From contig OZ244170.1 of assembly GCA_965216565.1 (NCBI GenBank), forward strand, positions 4,544,001 through 4,608,000: a stretch of 64,000 nt of DNA, read 5' to 3'. The first letter of the stretch is position 1, and each line of letters begins with the position of its first letter. Source of the DNA: Bythopirellula sp. Lineage in GTDB: Bacteria; Planctomycetota; Planctomycetia; Pirellulales; Lacipirellulaceae. The notes under the pieces were generated by a model, which was not told the DNA's origin, searched no databases, and saw nothing but the letters and a program-made list of their open reading frames with translations. The translations under genes and the position numbers were made by a program. Below are positions 1 to 9,879 of the stretch, piece by piece.

Positions 1-1
1 T

Positions 2-1006
2 GCACCAGGAACGGAAGCGAACACGGTGTTCGACTCGCTTGAACAACCTCAGATCGTCGAATCGGGCGATGTCCTTTTTATTGGAACTCTCCGAGGTCCT
101 TCGGGTAGGTTGAATCAACAAATCGGTAGAGGCTACTGGGCGGAACGCAATGGCCAGATAGAAAAAGTGGCCCGCGGAGGTGATCCTGCGCCTGGATTTA
201 ATGGTGACACGGAGTACAGTTTTGTGACGGGCGCTCACATGAACCGGTCGGGGGATATCGCATTCTACGCGTCCCTAACCGGACCAGCCGTGAGGCCCGG
301 TACGGACGCCATTTGGCGAGAAGATCAAGGAGTTGTGAAACTTGTCGCGATGGAGGGCCAGCCAGCGCCTGTTGGTCTTAATGGTGTGACAATCGGTGAA
401 ATGGAATTCTTGATTTCACACAACAATAACGGAGACGTAGCTTGGCGTGGTGAGGTGGCTGGTGTTGGGCTCGGAATCAGCGAAGCCAATAACGACACCC
501 TCTTTGTGAGCAAGGATGGTAACCTAGAAGTCGTTGCTCGCGAAGGCGACCCGGTCCCTGGCAGTTCTGGGTCTTCCACAGAGACCTTCCGAAGCTTTTC
601 CTACCCAGTTCTCAACGATCAGGGACAAGTCGCATTCCTGGCCGAAACTTCGAACTCTCGATTGGGAATCTGGGCCCAAGATATCTCCGGAGGACTCCAG
701 ATGATCGCGCTGGAGAATGCCGAGTTTGATGTAGACGATACTGCAGGGGTCGACATGCGAACCATTCAGCGTCTTAGATTCTATGACGGCAGGTCCGGCC
801 AAGATGGTAGTCTCACCGGCTTCAACGATCATGGACAAATTGGCTTTGCCGCGCAATTCTCTGACGGAACGCAGGGTATCTTCGTGTCGGACAGAGTTTT
901 GATTCCCGAGCCTGGAGTCCTCTCTCTCGCGTTGTATGCAATCCTCCTGATTTGTACTACGCGAGCAACATCGCCCCAGCGAGTCGCCCGTGGAGAATGG
1001 GCTTAG
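2..1006 (+). CDS. PEP-CTERM-sorted protein with NxxGxxAF tandem repeats (5' end outside window)
   Basis: Frame is open from base 2. Repeated NRSGDIAF / NNNGDVAW / NDQGQVAF / NDHGQIGF motifs. C-terminal IPEP followed by a hydrophobic helix and basic residues. Confidence 0.8.
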   Translation, partial: APGTEANTVFDSLEQPQIVESGDVLFIGTLRGPSGRLNQQIGRGYWAERNGQIEKVARGGDPAPGFNGDTEYSFVTGAHMNRSGDIAFYASLTGPAVRPGTDAIWREDQGVVKLVAMEGQPAPVGLNGVTIGEMEFLISHNNNGDVAWRGEVAGVGLGISEANNDTLFVSKDGNLEVVAREGDPVPGSSGSSTETFRSFSYPVLNDQGQVAFLAETSNSRLGIWAQDISGGLQMIALENAEFDVDDTAGVDMRTIQRLRFYDGRSGQDGSLTGFNDHGQIGFAAQFSDGTQGIFVSDRVLIPEPGVLSLALYAILLICTTRATSPQRVARGEWA

Positions 1007-1084
1007 GAATTGAACGCCGTTGAGCGTATTTTTTTGGTTTGGACATCGAGATGAAACACCGCTCTCACCCCGGCCGTTGCTTTA

Positions 1085-1555
1085 CTATAATTCTTTAAGA
1101 GCCTCTAAGACTTTTTCTTCGTGGCCGTCGACCTTCACTCGCTTCCAGAGTTTGGCAACCTTACCGGCGGAGTCGATCAGGTAGGTGCTGCGCTGGATGC
1201 CCATTGATTTCTTGCCATACATATTCTTCTCTCGCCAGGCCCCATATTTGAGCGCAACCTTGTGATCCTTGTCGGCCAAGAGCGGAAAGTTCAGCTTGAA
1301 CTTTTTCTTAAACTTCTGGTGACTCTCAACATCGTCGGGGCTCACACCAAGTACCACAGCACCTAGCTTCTTCAGCTTCGATTGTTGGTCGCGGAAGGCA
1401 CACGCTTGCTTAGTGCAACCCGGCGTATCGTCCTTGGGATAGAAATAGAGAACGACGGGGCTACCGACGAGTTCCGACAGGCGAACCTTGGTGCCATCGT
1501 CTGCCTCTAGGGTAAAAGCGGGTGCCTTTTTGGGTGGCTCAATCCAATCGCTCAT
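1085..1555 (-). CDS. bcp: Thioredoxin-dependent thiol peroxidase (BCP/PrxQ)
   Basis: VVLYFYPKDDTPGCTKQAC peroxiredoxin motif; GIQRSTYLID; AGGAG RBS upstream. Confidence 0.95.
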   Translation of the reverse strand: MSDWIEPPKKAPAFTLEADDGTKVRLSELVGSPVVLYFYPKDDTPGCTKQACAFRDQQSKLKKLGAVVLGVSPDDVESHQKFKKKFKLNFPLLADKDHKVALKYGAWREKNMYGKKSMGIQRSTYLIDSAGKVAKLWKRVKVDGHEEKVLEALKEL

Positions 1556-1631
1556 GGGATAGGTCTCCTTTGATTGATGTTAAGTGAGTTTTGCCAGGAA
1601 TTCGGAAGGTAGACTCAGCTACGACAGTTGC

Positions 1632-1718
1632 TGTCATTCCGAGGTCTGCCGAGGAATCTGGCTAGATCCCTCGGCAGACCTCGGGTCTCCTCAGGCGACT
1701 CGCCGGCGCGAGATGACA
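1632..1718. repeat. Intergenic palindromic REP/MITE-like element
   Basis: CCGAGGTCTGCCGAGGAATCT-GGCT-AGATCCCTCGGCAGACCTCGG (21-bp arms, 1 mismatch, 1639-1684), enclosed by TGTCAT...ATGACA. Confidence 0.7.
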
Positions 1719-1876
1719 TAACGCTTTGCGTTTGGAATGTACTATCCGAATTCCTAGGAGAATTTAAACTAAGTAATAATGTCCATTGCCAACTCTCCTG
1801 AGATCGCGGCAACTCAGTGTCGGTTATTCCCTCCTCGGGGTACAAACGCTACAATAAGGGCCTCCTAAAATAACCG

Positions 1877-2320
1877 ATGCGGACCCCAATCGAGAACCCA
1901 GCCATTCCAGATTCGACGACCACTGTGGAACGTACCGAAGACCGAGCTTTGCAACTTGCAATGGCCGCTGCGCGGACTGCTGAGGAAAATCAGGCGTCAG
2001 ACATTGTGGTACTCGACATGCGAGAAATCACCCCGGTGTTCGACTATTTCGTGCTGGCCACGGGTAATAGTCGCCGTCAATTGCACGCCATTTCCGAAGA
2101 GATCGACCATTGCTTAGAAGACGAATTGGGCGACAGTCGCATGGGAATCGAAGGCTACAACGAGAGCCGCTGGATTCTGCTGGACTACGGGAATGTGGTG
2201 ATTCATCTGTTCGATGCGGAAACGCGCGAGTACTATGCGCTGGAGCAATTCTGGAATCAAGCACCTCAGGTGACCCTGCCGTGGGACGAACCGGGCGAGC
2301 AGAATGAGGCTTCCGAGTGA
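1877..2320 (+). CDS. rsfS: Ribosome silencing factor
   Basis: DIVVLDMR..FDYFVLATGNSRRQLHAI..EG..WILLDYGNVVIHLF..REYYALEQFW, the Iojap/RsfS signature. Confidence 0.95.
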   Translation: MRTPIENPAIPDSTTTVERTEDRALQLAMAAARTAEENQASDIVVLDMREITPVFDYFVLATGNSRRQLHAISEEIDHCLEDELGDSRMGIEGYNESRWILLDYGNVVIHLFDAETREYYALEQFWNQAPQVTLPWDEPGEQNEASE

Positions 2321-2467
2321 TTCTCGCCTTGTCGGGCGTGGATCAAGTTCACTCGTAGAAATCTTCGCCCGCTCCTCTATGGCCATCTGAAGCTCTTCGT
2401 TTAAACTGTTCCTGACTTGAGCCGTTTTGCAGTCTTGCTCCCCTACCTCCGTCAGATCTCTTCGAGT

Positions 2468-4444
2468 ATGAACGTCCTAGCAGAATTAAGAAAACGTTTC
2501 CAAGGGGCACTCTCTGTGCTCGATGAGGATGCCGGACGGTTCGCAGAAATGGTCCTGCCCAGTCAGGACGCCAAGTTCGGCGACTATCAAGCCAACTGCG
2601 CGATGCCCTTGGGCAAGAAGTTGGGGCAACCGCCGCGCGAGATTGCCCAACAATTGGTCGATAATCTCGATTTGGGAGCGCTCTGTCAGCCCGCTGAAAT
2701 TGCTGGCCCCGGCTTTATCAATTTAAAATTGAAGGATGAATGGCTTGTTCAGCAACTTCAGAAAATTGCCACGGATCACGAGCGACTAGGTGTCGACCCG
2801 GTAGAGCCCGCTCGCACATTCGTCGTCGATTTCTCCAGCCCGAACGTCGCCAAGCCGATGCATGTCGGCCATATTCGCTCAACAGTCATTGGCGATGCGC
2901 TCTGCCGAGTGCTGAGTTTTCTCGGTCATCAAGTGATCAGCGATAATCACATCGGCGACTGGGGCACCCAGTTTGGGATGATTATCTACGGGTACAAGCA
3001 CTTTGTTGACGAGCAGGCGCTAGCCGCTGGCACGGTGGGGGAACTGAGCCGTCTCTACAAGCTTGTGAATCGGCTCGTCGAATATCACGATACCATCAAC
3101 AACAAGATTCCTGCCCTCGAAGAGCAAATTGTGCAGAGCGCCAAATCGCTGGAGCAAATGCACGATGCCACGGTGCCCGAAGATCCGAAGCAAGCCAAGA
3201 AAATCAACAAGCGTATCCGACAGGCGGAAGGCCAGCTCAGTGATGCTCGCAAGGAACTGGACGCCCTGCGAAACAAGGTCGCGGAAATCGACAACGACCC
3301 GCAACTTTCGAAACTTTCGACAGCCCATGCTGAAATTGGCTCAGCCGTGCTGGCCGAGACGGCGGCTCTCCACGCTGGCGACGCCACCAATCGCGAACTG
3401 TGGGAGAAGTTTCTGCCGGCCTGCCGTGCTGAGATGGAGGCCACGTACGAGCGACTAGGTGTGACCTTCGACCACACTTTGGGGGAAAGCTACTATCATG
3501 ACCGATTGGCAGGTGTGGTAGAGGACCTGCAAAAGAAGGGGTTGGTACAGGAGAGCGACGGTGCGATGTGCGTTTTTCTCGAAGGTCACGATGCTCCTTT
3601 TATTGTTCGCAAGCAGGATGGGGCGTTTCTCTACTCCACTACCGATCTGGCGACTGTTCAATACAGAATCAATGAATGGGATGCCGACGCGATTATCTAC
3701 GTCGTCGATCATCGGCAGTCGCTTCATTTCGAACAGCTGTTTTCGACGGTCCGGCTTTGGGGCATCTCCGATATCGAATTGGAGCATGTTAGTTTTGGGA
3801 CCGTGTTAGGCGAAGATGGTCGACCGTATAAAACTCGCTCCGGTTCGGCCGTTGGCTTAACTGGCTTGCTGGATGAAGCCGTCGAGCGAGCCCACGCAAT
3901 AGTTACTGAGAATGACAACCGACGACCAGAGCCACTGCTAGCCGAGGACGAGCGTCGCGAAGTTGCCCGACGTATAGGCATCGGGGCAATTAAATACGCA
4001 GACCTGGCACACAACCGAACCAGCGACTATGTGTTTAGCTACGACAAGATGCTGGCAATGACCGGCAACACGGCGGCTTATATGCAGTACAGCTATGCCC
4101 GCGTGAGGAGCATTTTCGCGCGAGGCGGCATCGACGCAGAATCTGTGCGAGATGGAACGGTTGAGTTGTTGCTGAATGAACCAGCCGAACGAGCACTAGG
4201 GCTGGCCATTTTGCAATTCAGCGAAGCACTCCAACGAGTGGCAGAAGATTACCGGCCCAACCATCTCACCTCGTACTTATTCGACTTGGCCAGTCGCTAT
4301 TCAGAATTTTTCGAGCACTGCCCTGTGCTCAAGGCAGACAATGATGAGCAGCGCAACAGCCGGTTGTTGCTTTGCGATCTTACCGCTCGCACAATCGCCC
4401 GCGGCCTCGAACTCTTAGGGATTGAAGTCGTCGAGCGGATGTAG
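2468..4444 (+). CDS. argS: Arginine--tRNA ligase
   Basis: FGDYQAN, VDFSSPNVAKPMHVGHIRST (HIGH), GDWGTQFG, C-terminal GLELLGIEVVERM. ATG 2468 preferred over the upstream TTG 2417. Confidence 0.97.
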   Translation: MNVLAELRKRFQGALSVLDEDAGRFAEMVLPSQDAKFGDYQANCAMPLGKKLGQPPREIAQQLVDNLDLGALCQPAEIAGPGFINLKLKDEWLVQQLQKIATDHERLGVDPVEPARTFVVDFSSPNVAKPMHVGHIRSTVIGDALCRVLSFLGHQVISDNHIGDWGTQFGMIIYGYKHFVDEQALAAGTVGELSRLYKLVNRLVEYHDTINNKIPALEEQIVQSAKSLEQMHDATVPEDPKQAKKINKRIRQAEGQLSDARKELDALRNKVAEIDNDPQLSKLSTAHAEIGSAVLAETAALHAGDATNRELWEKFLPACRAEMEATYERLGVTFDHTLGESYYHDRLAGVVEDLQKKGLVQESDGAMCVFLEGHDAPFIVRKQDGAFLYSTTDLATVQYRINEWDADAIIYVVDHRQSLHFEQLFSTVRLWGISDIELEHVSFGTVLGEDGRPYKTRSGSAVGLTGLLDEAVERAHAIVTENDNRRPEPLLAEDERREVARRIGIGAIKYADLAHNRTSDYVFSYDKMLAMTGNTAAYMQYSYARVRSIFARGGIDAESVRDGTVELLLNEPAERALGLAILQFSEALQRVAEDYRPNHLTSYLFDLASRYSEFFEHCPVLKADNDEQRNSRLLLCDLTARTIARGLELLGIEVVERM

Positions 4445-4860
4445 GCAACCCTTGTAGGGTATTGTGCTCTCGGAATGTCTACTTTGCGGTATCACCCTCG
4501 TCGCTAGTCTGGGGTTACCCGGACGTCCCGCCCGCAAAGATGGCGAATGTTTCGATTGGCGGCGGGCCATTACCTCGACTTTGAGCCATCGCTGTCGACC
4601 GTTTCCATACATTCTTTGTGGGCAAGTGCCGGTTCTTGGATCACGATAGCACCTGCCCCAAACCGACCAAGGCCACGTTGCCCGGTGAATCTTTGAAGGA
4701 TGTCAGGCACTAGGCGAGCCTATTACGGCATCTGACTGCACTGCCAGCACTTTCTTCGGCTTGAAGCTTGACGGGTTCCGCACAAATTGCCTATAAGCCT
4801 CAACGCTCTCCTACGAGCTTCTACCCTTGGTAGCCTTTTCCATTTGTGAGGCGCGTGTTT

Positions 4861-6096
4861 ATGTGTCGTAGATTCCCATACCTATTGCTGCTGATATTGC
4901 AGCTGCAACAGGGGACAACACTTGTCGCGCAGCAATTTGTCACACCAGGGATTGCTCCTCAAGCGGCTGCTTCAGGTAACGCACAAACTCTTCCGTATGG
5001 CGGCGTGCCGGCATTGCGTGTGGCTCCCGATGGTGCGGTGCATCTTGATGGTCCTGGCGCCCAATGGTCCCAGCCAAGTTTCGCAGCACAACCGGGAATG
5101 GGATTCAGACAAGGCACCTCCGGTGGTTTTGGTAGCCGCTTCGCGGAATGGCTTTACAACGATCCCGTGCCTTGGCAATACAACCATCGGACGGGCTTCT
5201 TTGGCGACTTTATGTATCTCCGGCCTCGCAACGCAGAAGTGGCTTACGCGCTGCCTATCGAAGGAACCGTTGCCCTGGGTGACGAGGTGCCGATGGGACC
5301 CGTGGCCATTGTCGATCAAGAGTACGAACCCGGTTTTCGTGCCGGCGGCGTATTCCGACTTACTGATGGCGCGAGCATCCGTGGTTCGTACTGGTACTTC
5401 CGCAGTGAAAACAGCGACTCCGCTGTGGCCATCGATCCGAATACTCCGCTTCGTTCACTTGTCATTCACCCCAACACGGCGAATGCCGCCGTGGATGTCG
5501 ACTCCGCGACTGCTCGGCAAGACATCGATTTTGATTTGGTCGACATCGACTACCGTGGATTGATCTTGGGTTGTGAGAGTTGTTGCGATAATCGTTGTGC
5601 GATTGTCTTGAACGCTGTCGTCGGCGGACGCTACGCCAACATGGAACAAGAATTTCGCTCAAACTTTGCCGATGCGAACGGAAACACCACGGTCGACACG
5701 AACATCGATTTCCGAGGTGGCGGTATTCGCCTCGGAATTGAGTCGGAACATCACGCCACCTCGACCGGTTTCTACGTATATGGGTCGGGTGTGTCCAACT
5801 TGATGGTCGGCGAGTTCACCGCAAACTATCTGCAAAACAGTTCGATCAATGGCGTGGAGGCACGCAGTAGCTGGCAAGCTGGCAGGATTGTTCCGACTCT
5901 CGACCTAGAGTTGGGGCTCGGCTGGGTTGGACCGCGACGGAGATTGAAGTTCTCTGGTGGCTATCTCGTCAGCACTTGGTTTAACGTCGTGAAGACCGAA
6001 GATTGGATCAATGCGGTGCAGACCAGTAATTACGACGATCTCAGCGGCATCCTCACCTTCGATGGCCTGGCGGCTCGCGCCACTTGGGAATTCTAA
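4861..6096 (+). CDS. Planctomycete outer-membrane beta-barrel protein (Lpg1974/BBP7-like)
   Basis: Signal peptide, alternating amphipathic beta strands, C-terminal aromatic ...ARATWEF. Confidence 0.7.
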   Translation: MCRRFPYLLLLILQLQQGTTLVAQQFVTPGIAPQAAASGNAQTLPYGGVPALRVAPDGAVHLDGPGAQWSQPSFAAQPGMGFRQGTSGGFGSRFAEWLYNDPVPWQYNHRTGFFGDFMYLRPRNAEVAYALPIEGTVALGDEVPMGPVAIVDQEYEPGFRAGGVFRLTDGASIRGSYWYFRSENSDSAVAIDPNTPLRSLVIHPNTANAAVDVDSATARQDIDFDLVDIDYRGLILGCESCCDNRCAIVLNAVVGGRYANMEQEFRSNFADANGNTTVDTNIDFRGGGIRLGIESEHHATSTGFYVYGSGVSNLMVGEFTANYLQNSSINGVEARSSWQAGRIVPTLDLELGLGWVGPRRRLKFSGGYLVSTWFNVVKTEDWINAVQTSNYDDLSGILTFDGLAARATWEF

Positions 6097-6171
6097 GACT
6101 CAAGGTTCTGAGTAAGGACCAATGGGCCAATCGCTGGGCTGGCTAGAGTTCTATCTGCAGGATTGTCCCAT

Positions 6172-6203
6172 TTACAGGGCAGATCGCTTACAGGGCAGAT
6201 CGC
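6172..6203. repeat. Exact 16-bp tandem duplication TTACAGGGCAGATCGC x2 covering the sulfatase stop codon
   Basis: 6172-6187 is identical to 6188-6203. Confidence 0.9.
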
Positions 6204-9200
6204 AGTCTGCTACAGAACGGTAGCACAATCAGGCAGAGCACGAGAGTGTTAGGTTCTGGAACCACTGTTGCCACAGGCGCCAGCGGAGCGGTATGGCCAG
6301 TGTACTGTTGCTGCCAGATTATGTAATCCAGTCCATCGGTCCGCCCGTCGCCATTGGCATCGCCTTGATTGTCGACGGCGTAGGCTGATTCCCAGATCCC
6401 TTTGTCTGCACCATCGACATTTCCATCTGCATTGAAGTCAGCTTCGCGAATCAGCTTCGTGATCACACGGAACTGAAGCAGTTCATCCTCGGGCACCATC
6501 AAGCCAAAGCTAAGTGTTTTTTGGTCTGACGAAATACCCAAGAACCCTTCCAGATCTAACGTCAATCCTCGATCGAGGCTATCGCCGTAATCACCGATAG
6601 ATCCCAGCAGTGCGTCGGTTTCTTCCAAGGACGTCGATTCGAGCAAGATCGCCAAAATATCGCCCTCAAAACTAATTGCCCCAGAGACTGATTGCAGCGT
6701 ACCGTCCCCAGTTCCAATTGGGTCGAAGTGAACAAGATAGCTAGAAAAAGCAGTTCCCGCGTCCAGGTGACCTGAGGTTGCTGCGTTGGGATCCGTTAGA
6801 AGAGTGGTACCGGAGATTAAAGCATCGACAAAAAGGGTGTCGTCTAAGGCGTCGTTTCTTTCCTGCATCACGAATAGTTGATTCGATTCCAACGCGTTCA
6901 TCGAAACACTCGATGGTCTCTCGGTAGGAATCGTGACGTCTCCAGCAATCGAGTGAATCCCATAATCAGTTGGGTGCAAGACTGAATTGTAGTGAGACAG
7001 AATAGTTTGGGAGTTTATCGGATGGTTGTGAAACCGGACCATTGCCATCTCGCCTTGGAAGCCACCCGAGAAGGGTAAGTCGCCGCTTCCGCCATTTCCA
7101 CCGATGCCGTTGCCGCCCTGATTGCCCAGTCCGGCCATGTCATATCCATCCCACGAGATACTCTGATCGGTTCCCGACAGTCCGTCGACCCTGGCAGCTA
7201 AAGCGCCATTAATATAGATTTCTCCATAACGGTCATTCGGATCGTCACTAAACACGGTTGCTACGTGAACATAGTCTCTCTCTGGATCTGCGTACTTATC
7301 CAACTTGGCAGTAACAGTTAGGTCGGTTAGTGTTCCGGAGGAGACGCCATCATCTGCTCCCGCTAAACCCAGCACTCTCAGCCGGACATCGTTGGCTAGA
7401 GTGTCGGAATCCGCATCTCCCAATGTCACCGATATCCCAGCGGTACCGTCGCCCGATTCAAACAGGATTTGCTCGCTCGACAAGGAATTCAGACGAACCC
7501 AGAATTCCATCGAAGCCGATCGATCAAAGTCGGGTGTGCCAACGTTGACTGTGTTCTTGCGAGGGCCATCATCTCCCACTTGGAAGAAGGTCCGTCGCAT
7601 CGTGTCATTGCCATCAAAGGAGAACGAGTCGGATGGCAAGCCAGGTTGAAACGAGTTTGATTCTTGGCTGGTTGGTTGTTCGGTCCCACCACCTGAACTC
7701 CAAGTCTCTCGAAACTTGCTGCGAAGATCGTTCGTTGTCCGCCAGCTATCGTTTTCAGCACCAGGATTCGAAGCGTTCCAATCCATCGTCACATCCACTT
7801 TGACATCGAACGCAAACGATGCGTCGACGGCGGAAAGATAATTGTCGAGCTTGGCTTTGAGCTCAGCAGCCTTAGCGGGCATAGAAAAGGCCAAGTTGGA
7901 ATACTCTGAGATATCAGTCCGCAAATTTACGAGGGATAAGAAATCCGCAACGCCATGCTCGCCGTAAGTCACCAGCAGCTTGTAGTCTCCGTCTCGGACG
8001 CTCGAAGCAGGACGAATACGGAAATTCGCACCAATTGAAGTATTGATCGGTGAGTGCCAGTAGAGTTCTCCCCCTTCGTGAAATCTCCTCTCCAAATGGT
8101 CCATGCCGTCAGGAAGCGTACCTCCGTTGTGCAGTACTGGCGCAATAGTCGCGCTTTCAACGTTCTCAGGTATCTCACCCGTAAACCCAGCCAGGTCGGC
8201 AATGGTCGAATAAAGATCCGTGGTATTTACGAGAACATCACTCACCGAATTGGCCGCAATCCCAGGTCCCTTGGCAATAAATGGAATGCGCAGGCCACCC
8301 TCAAGTAGTGTCGTTTTGCCGCCTCTCAGGGGGGTGCTTCTTGAGAAACCAGTAGGTGCACCGTGGTCGGAGACGTAAAAAACGTAGGTGTTGTCTTCAA
8401 TACCCAGATCGTCGATCTTGTCCATCAAGATCCCCAGTGAACTATCTAAGTCCTCAGTGCCTGCAGCATATTCAGGACTGTGGTGGACGGTTCCAGACGG
8501 GAGGTCCTGGTACTTTGCCAAGGTTTCAGGGCGGTATCTTGGTGCGGGATGAATTCCATTATGGGATAGTAATGCGAAAAAAGGCTCCCCAGCATTTACC
8601 CGATCTTCCATAAAACTATTGGTGAGTGCTGTCTTCTCGAACATACCCCAGGGATCGCTAGAGGCGGGGTTGGAAGTAAAAGGATTGTCTTCCCAGTAAT
8701 CGTAACCGGAACTTAGAGGCGTGGAGTTGGCTTGAACACTGGAGTTCAGATGCCATTTTCCGTACATGGCACTCACGTAGGCAGGATTTGCTTGCTCAAG
8801 AATTCTAGGAATCGTCAGTAGCGTATCGTCAAACAAAGCTACCGGTGGTGGAGTCAGTGGCAATCCTTCGTAAGCGGTGAGGTATCGACTCGAGCCGGGA
8901 TAGACATTAGTCAGATCCGTCATCTGAAGCTGGGCGGGACTCATGCCCGTCTGCAAAGCGGCGCGTGTGGGAGCACAAATAGGTGCGGCGGCGTATCCAT
9001 TAGAGAATCGCATGCCCTCGGCCGCCAATTGTTCTAGGTTTGGCGTCTGATAGTAGTCGCTCTTCGAACCTGCCACGTTGGGATCCATCTGGACCGAAGT
9101 TCCATTCCAGCTCTGATCATCCACCAGGACGACGACGATATTTGGTGGGGTCGATGCCTGGCTTATGCCAACGCAGAGCAGCAAGAGCGTCGAGAAGGCG

Positions 9201-9259
9201 CAAGCGCTTGAGAAGGTTCGTAAGGTGCAACTCAGGGCCTGAGAACTCTTAGACATCAT
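6188..9259 (-). CDS. Secreted sulfatase with LamG-like, dockerin-like and PEP-CTERM domains
   Basis: PNIVVVLVDD, formylglycine motif CAPTRA, YGKWHL, SDHG. LamG-like SMEFWVR...HVATVF. DFNADGNVDGAD / DANGDGRTDGLD dockerin-like pair. VPEP sorting signal. Start probably ATG 9259 or 9256. Confidence 0.9.
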   Translation of the reverse strand: MMSKSSQALSCTLRTFSSACAFSTLLLLCVGISQASTPPNIVVVLVDDQSWNGTSVQMDPNVAGSKSDYYQTPNLEQLAAEGMRFSNGYAAAPICAPTRAALQTGMSPAQLQMTDLTNVYPGSSRYLTAYEGLPLTPPPVALFDDTLLTIPRILEQANPAYVSAMYGKWHLNSSVQANSTPLSSGYDYWEDNPFTSNPASSDPWGMFEKTALTNSFMEDRVNAGEPFFALLSHNGIHPAPRYRPETLAKYQDLPSGTVHHSPEYAAGTEDLDSSLGILMDKIDDLGIEDNTYVFYVSDHGAPTGFSRSTPLRGGKTTLLEGGLRIPFIAKGPGIAANSVSDVLVNTTDLYSTIADLAGFTGEIPENVESATIAPVLHNGGTLPDGMDHLERRFHEGGELYWHSPINTSIGANFRIRPASSVRDGDYKLLVTYGEHGVADFLSLVNLRTDISEYSNLAFSMPAKAAELKAKLDNYLSAVDASFAFDVKVDVTMDWNASNPGAENDSWRTTNDLRSKFRETWSSGGGTEQPTSQESNSFQPGLPSDSFSFDGNDTMRRTFFQVGDDGPRKNTVNVGTPDFDRSASMEFWVRLNSLSSEQILFESGDGTAGISVTLGDADSDTLANDVRLRVLGLAGADDGVSSGTLTDLTVTAKLDKYADPERDYVHVATVFSDDPNDRYGEIYINGALAARVDGLSGTDQSISWDGYDMAGLGNQGGNGIGGNGGSGDLPFSGGFQGEMAMVRFHNHPINSQTILSHYNSVLHPTDYGIHSIAGDVTIPTERPSSVSMNALESNQLFVMQERNDALDDTLFVDALISGTTLLTDPNAATSGHLDAGTAFSSYLVHFDPIGTGDGTLQSVSGAISFEGDILAILLESTSLEETDALLGSIGDYGDSLDRGLTLDLEGFLGISSDQKTLSFGLMVPEDELLQFRVITKLIREADFNADGNVDGADKGIWESAYAVDNQGDANGDGRTDGLDYIIWQQQYTGHTAPLAPVATVVPEPNTLVLCLIVLPFCSRLRSAL

Positions 9260-9879
9260 CTTATCGAAAAGCCAGTATTGAAGCCCAGTTGAGTGCGGAT
9301 GTAGATGCAGCCAAGGTGTCAATTGATATTTGCGTCTCAGGTAATCCGAATGCACTAGATCGAAGAACTAATCTAGTGAGTAATCTACTCGCGGCTAACC
9401 TTCAGTGAGTTGCCATACGCGAGAGCGGCCGAGGCTCATATTTTGCACTAGAAATAAGCACTACTTCCGACAGTTCCTAGCCTCAACCTGACTGAATACT
9501 TTCTATTGTATCAGACAGCGAAGATCTACCAATGCAACTGGCATGCCCCTTGTGAGGCTAAACGTGCATTTCAGGCCCTGAACCTAGGGCTACCAGCGCA
9601 AGCACAATCCATACCGACAAGGTTGTATTTTCTTCATCGAACCTACGGGCTCCTGGCTCATCGTGAGCTTGGTTGCGATTCAGGGAATACTCTTCCACGT
9701 TCGTTTGCCAGGTGAAATATCTTTTTTGAGCTTCAAAAATCGGAGTATTCTAGTCCCTTCATTTTTGTTGCCCCGGCTGGAGCGGCGATTTAGGATGGCA
9801 AGTTGGCCCCGTTCTGTCGGGACCATTGCCCGGAACAGACGAGAGCAGCGGGCGAATTGCTCGAGATGGCAGGACTTGA

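Noticed and set aside
9353..9378. Inverted repeat CACTAGAT-N10-ATCTAGTG upstream of the sulfatase
   Set aside because: It could be an operator, but it is a single 8-bp-arm instance with no cognate regulator nearby and could arise by chance.
9539..9553. Sigma54-like TGGCATG-N4-TTGT upstream of the giant protein
   Set aside because: The invariant GC at -12 is GT, so support is insufficient.
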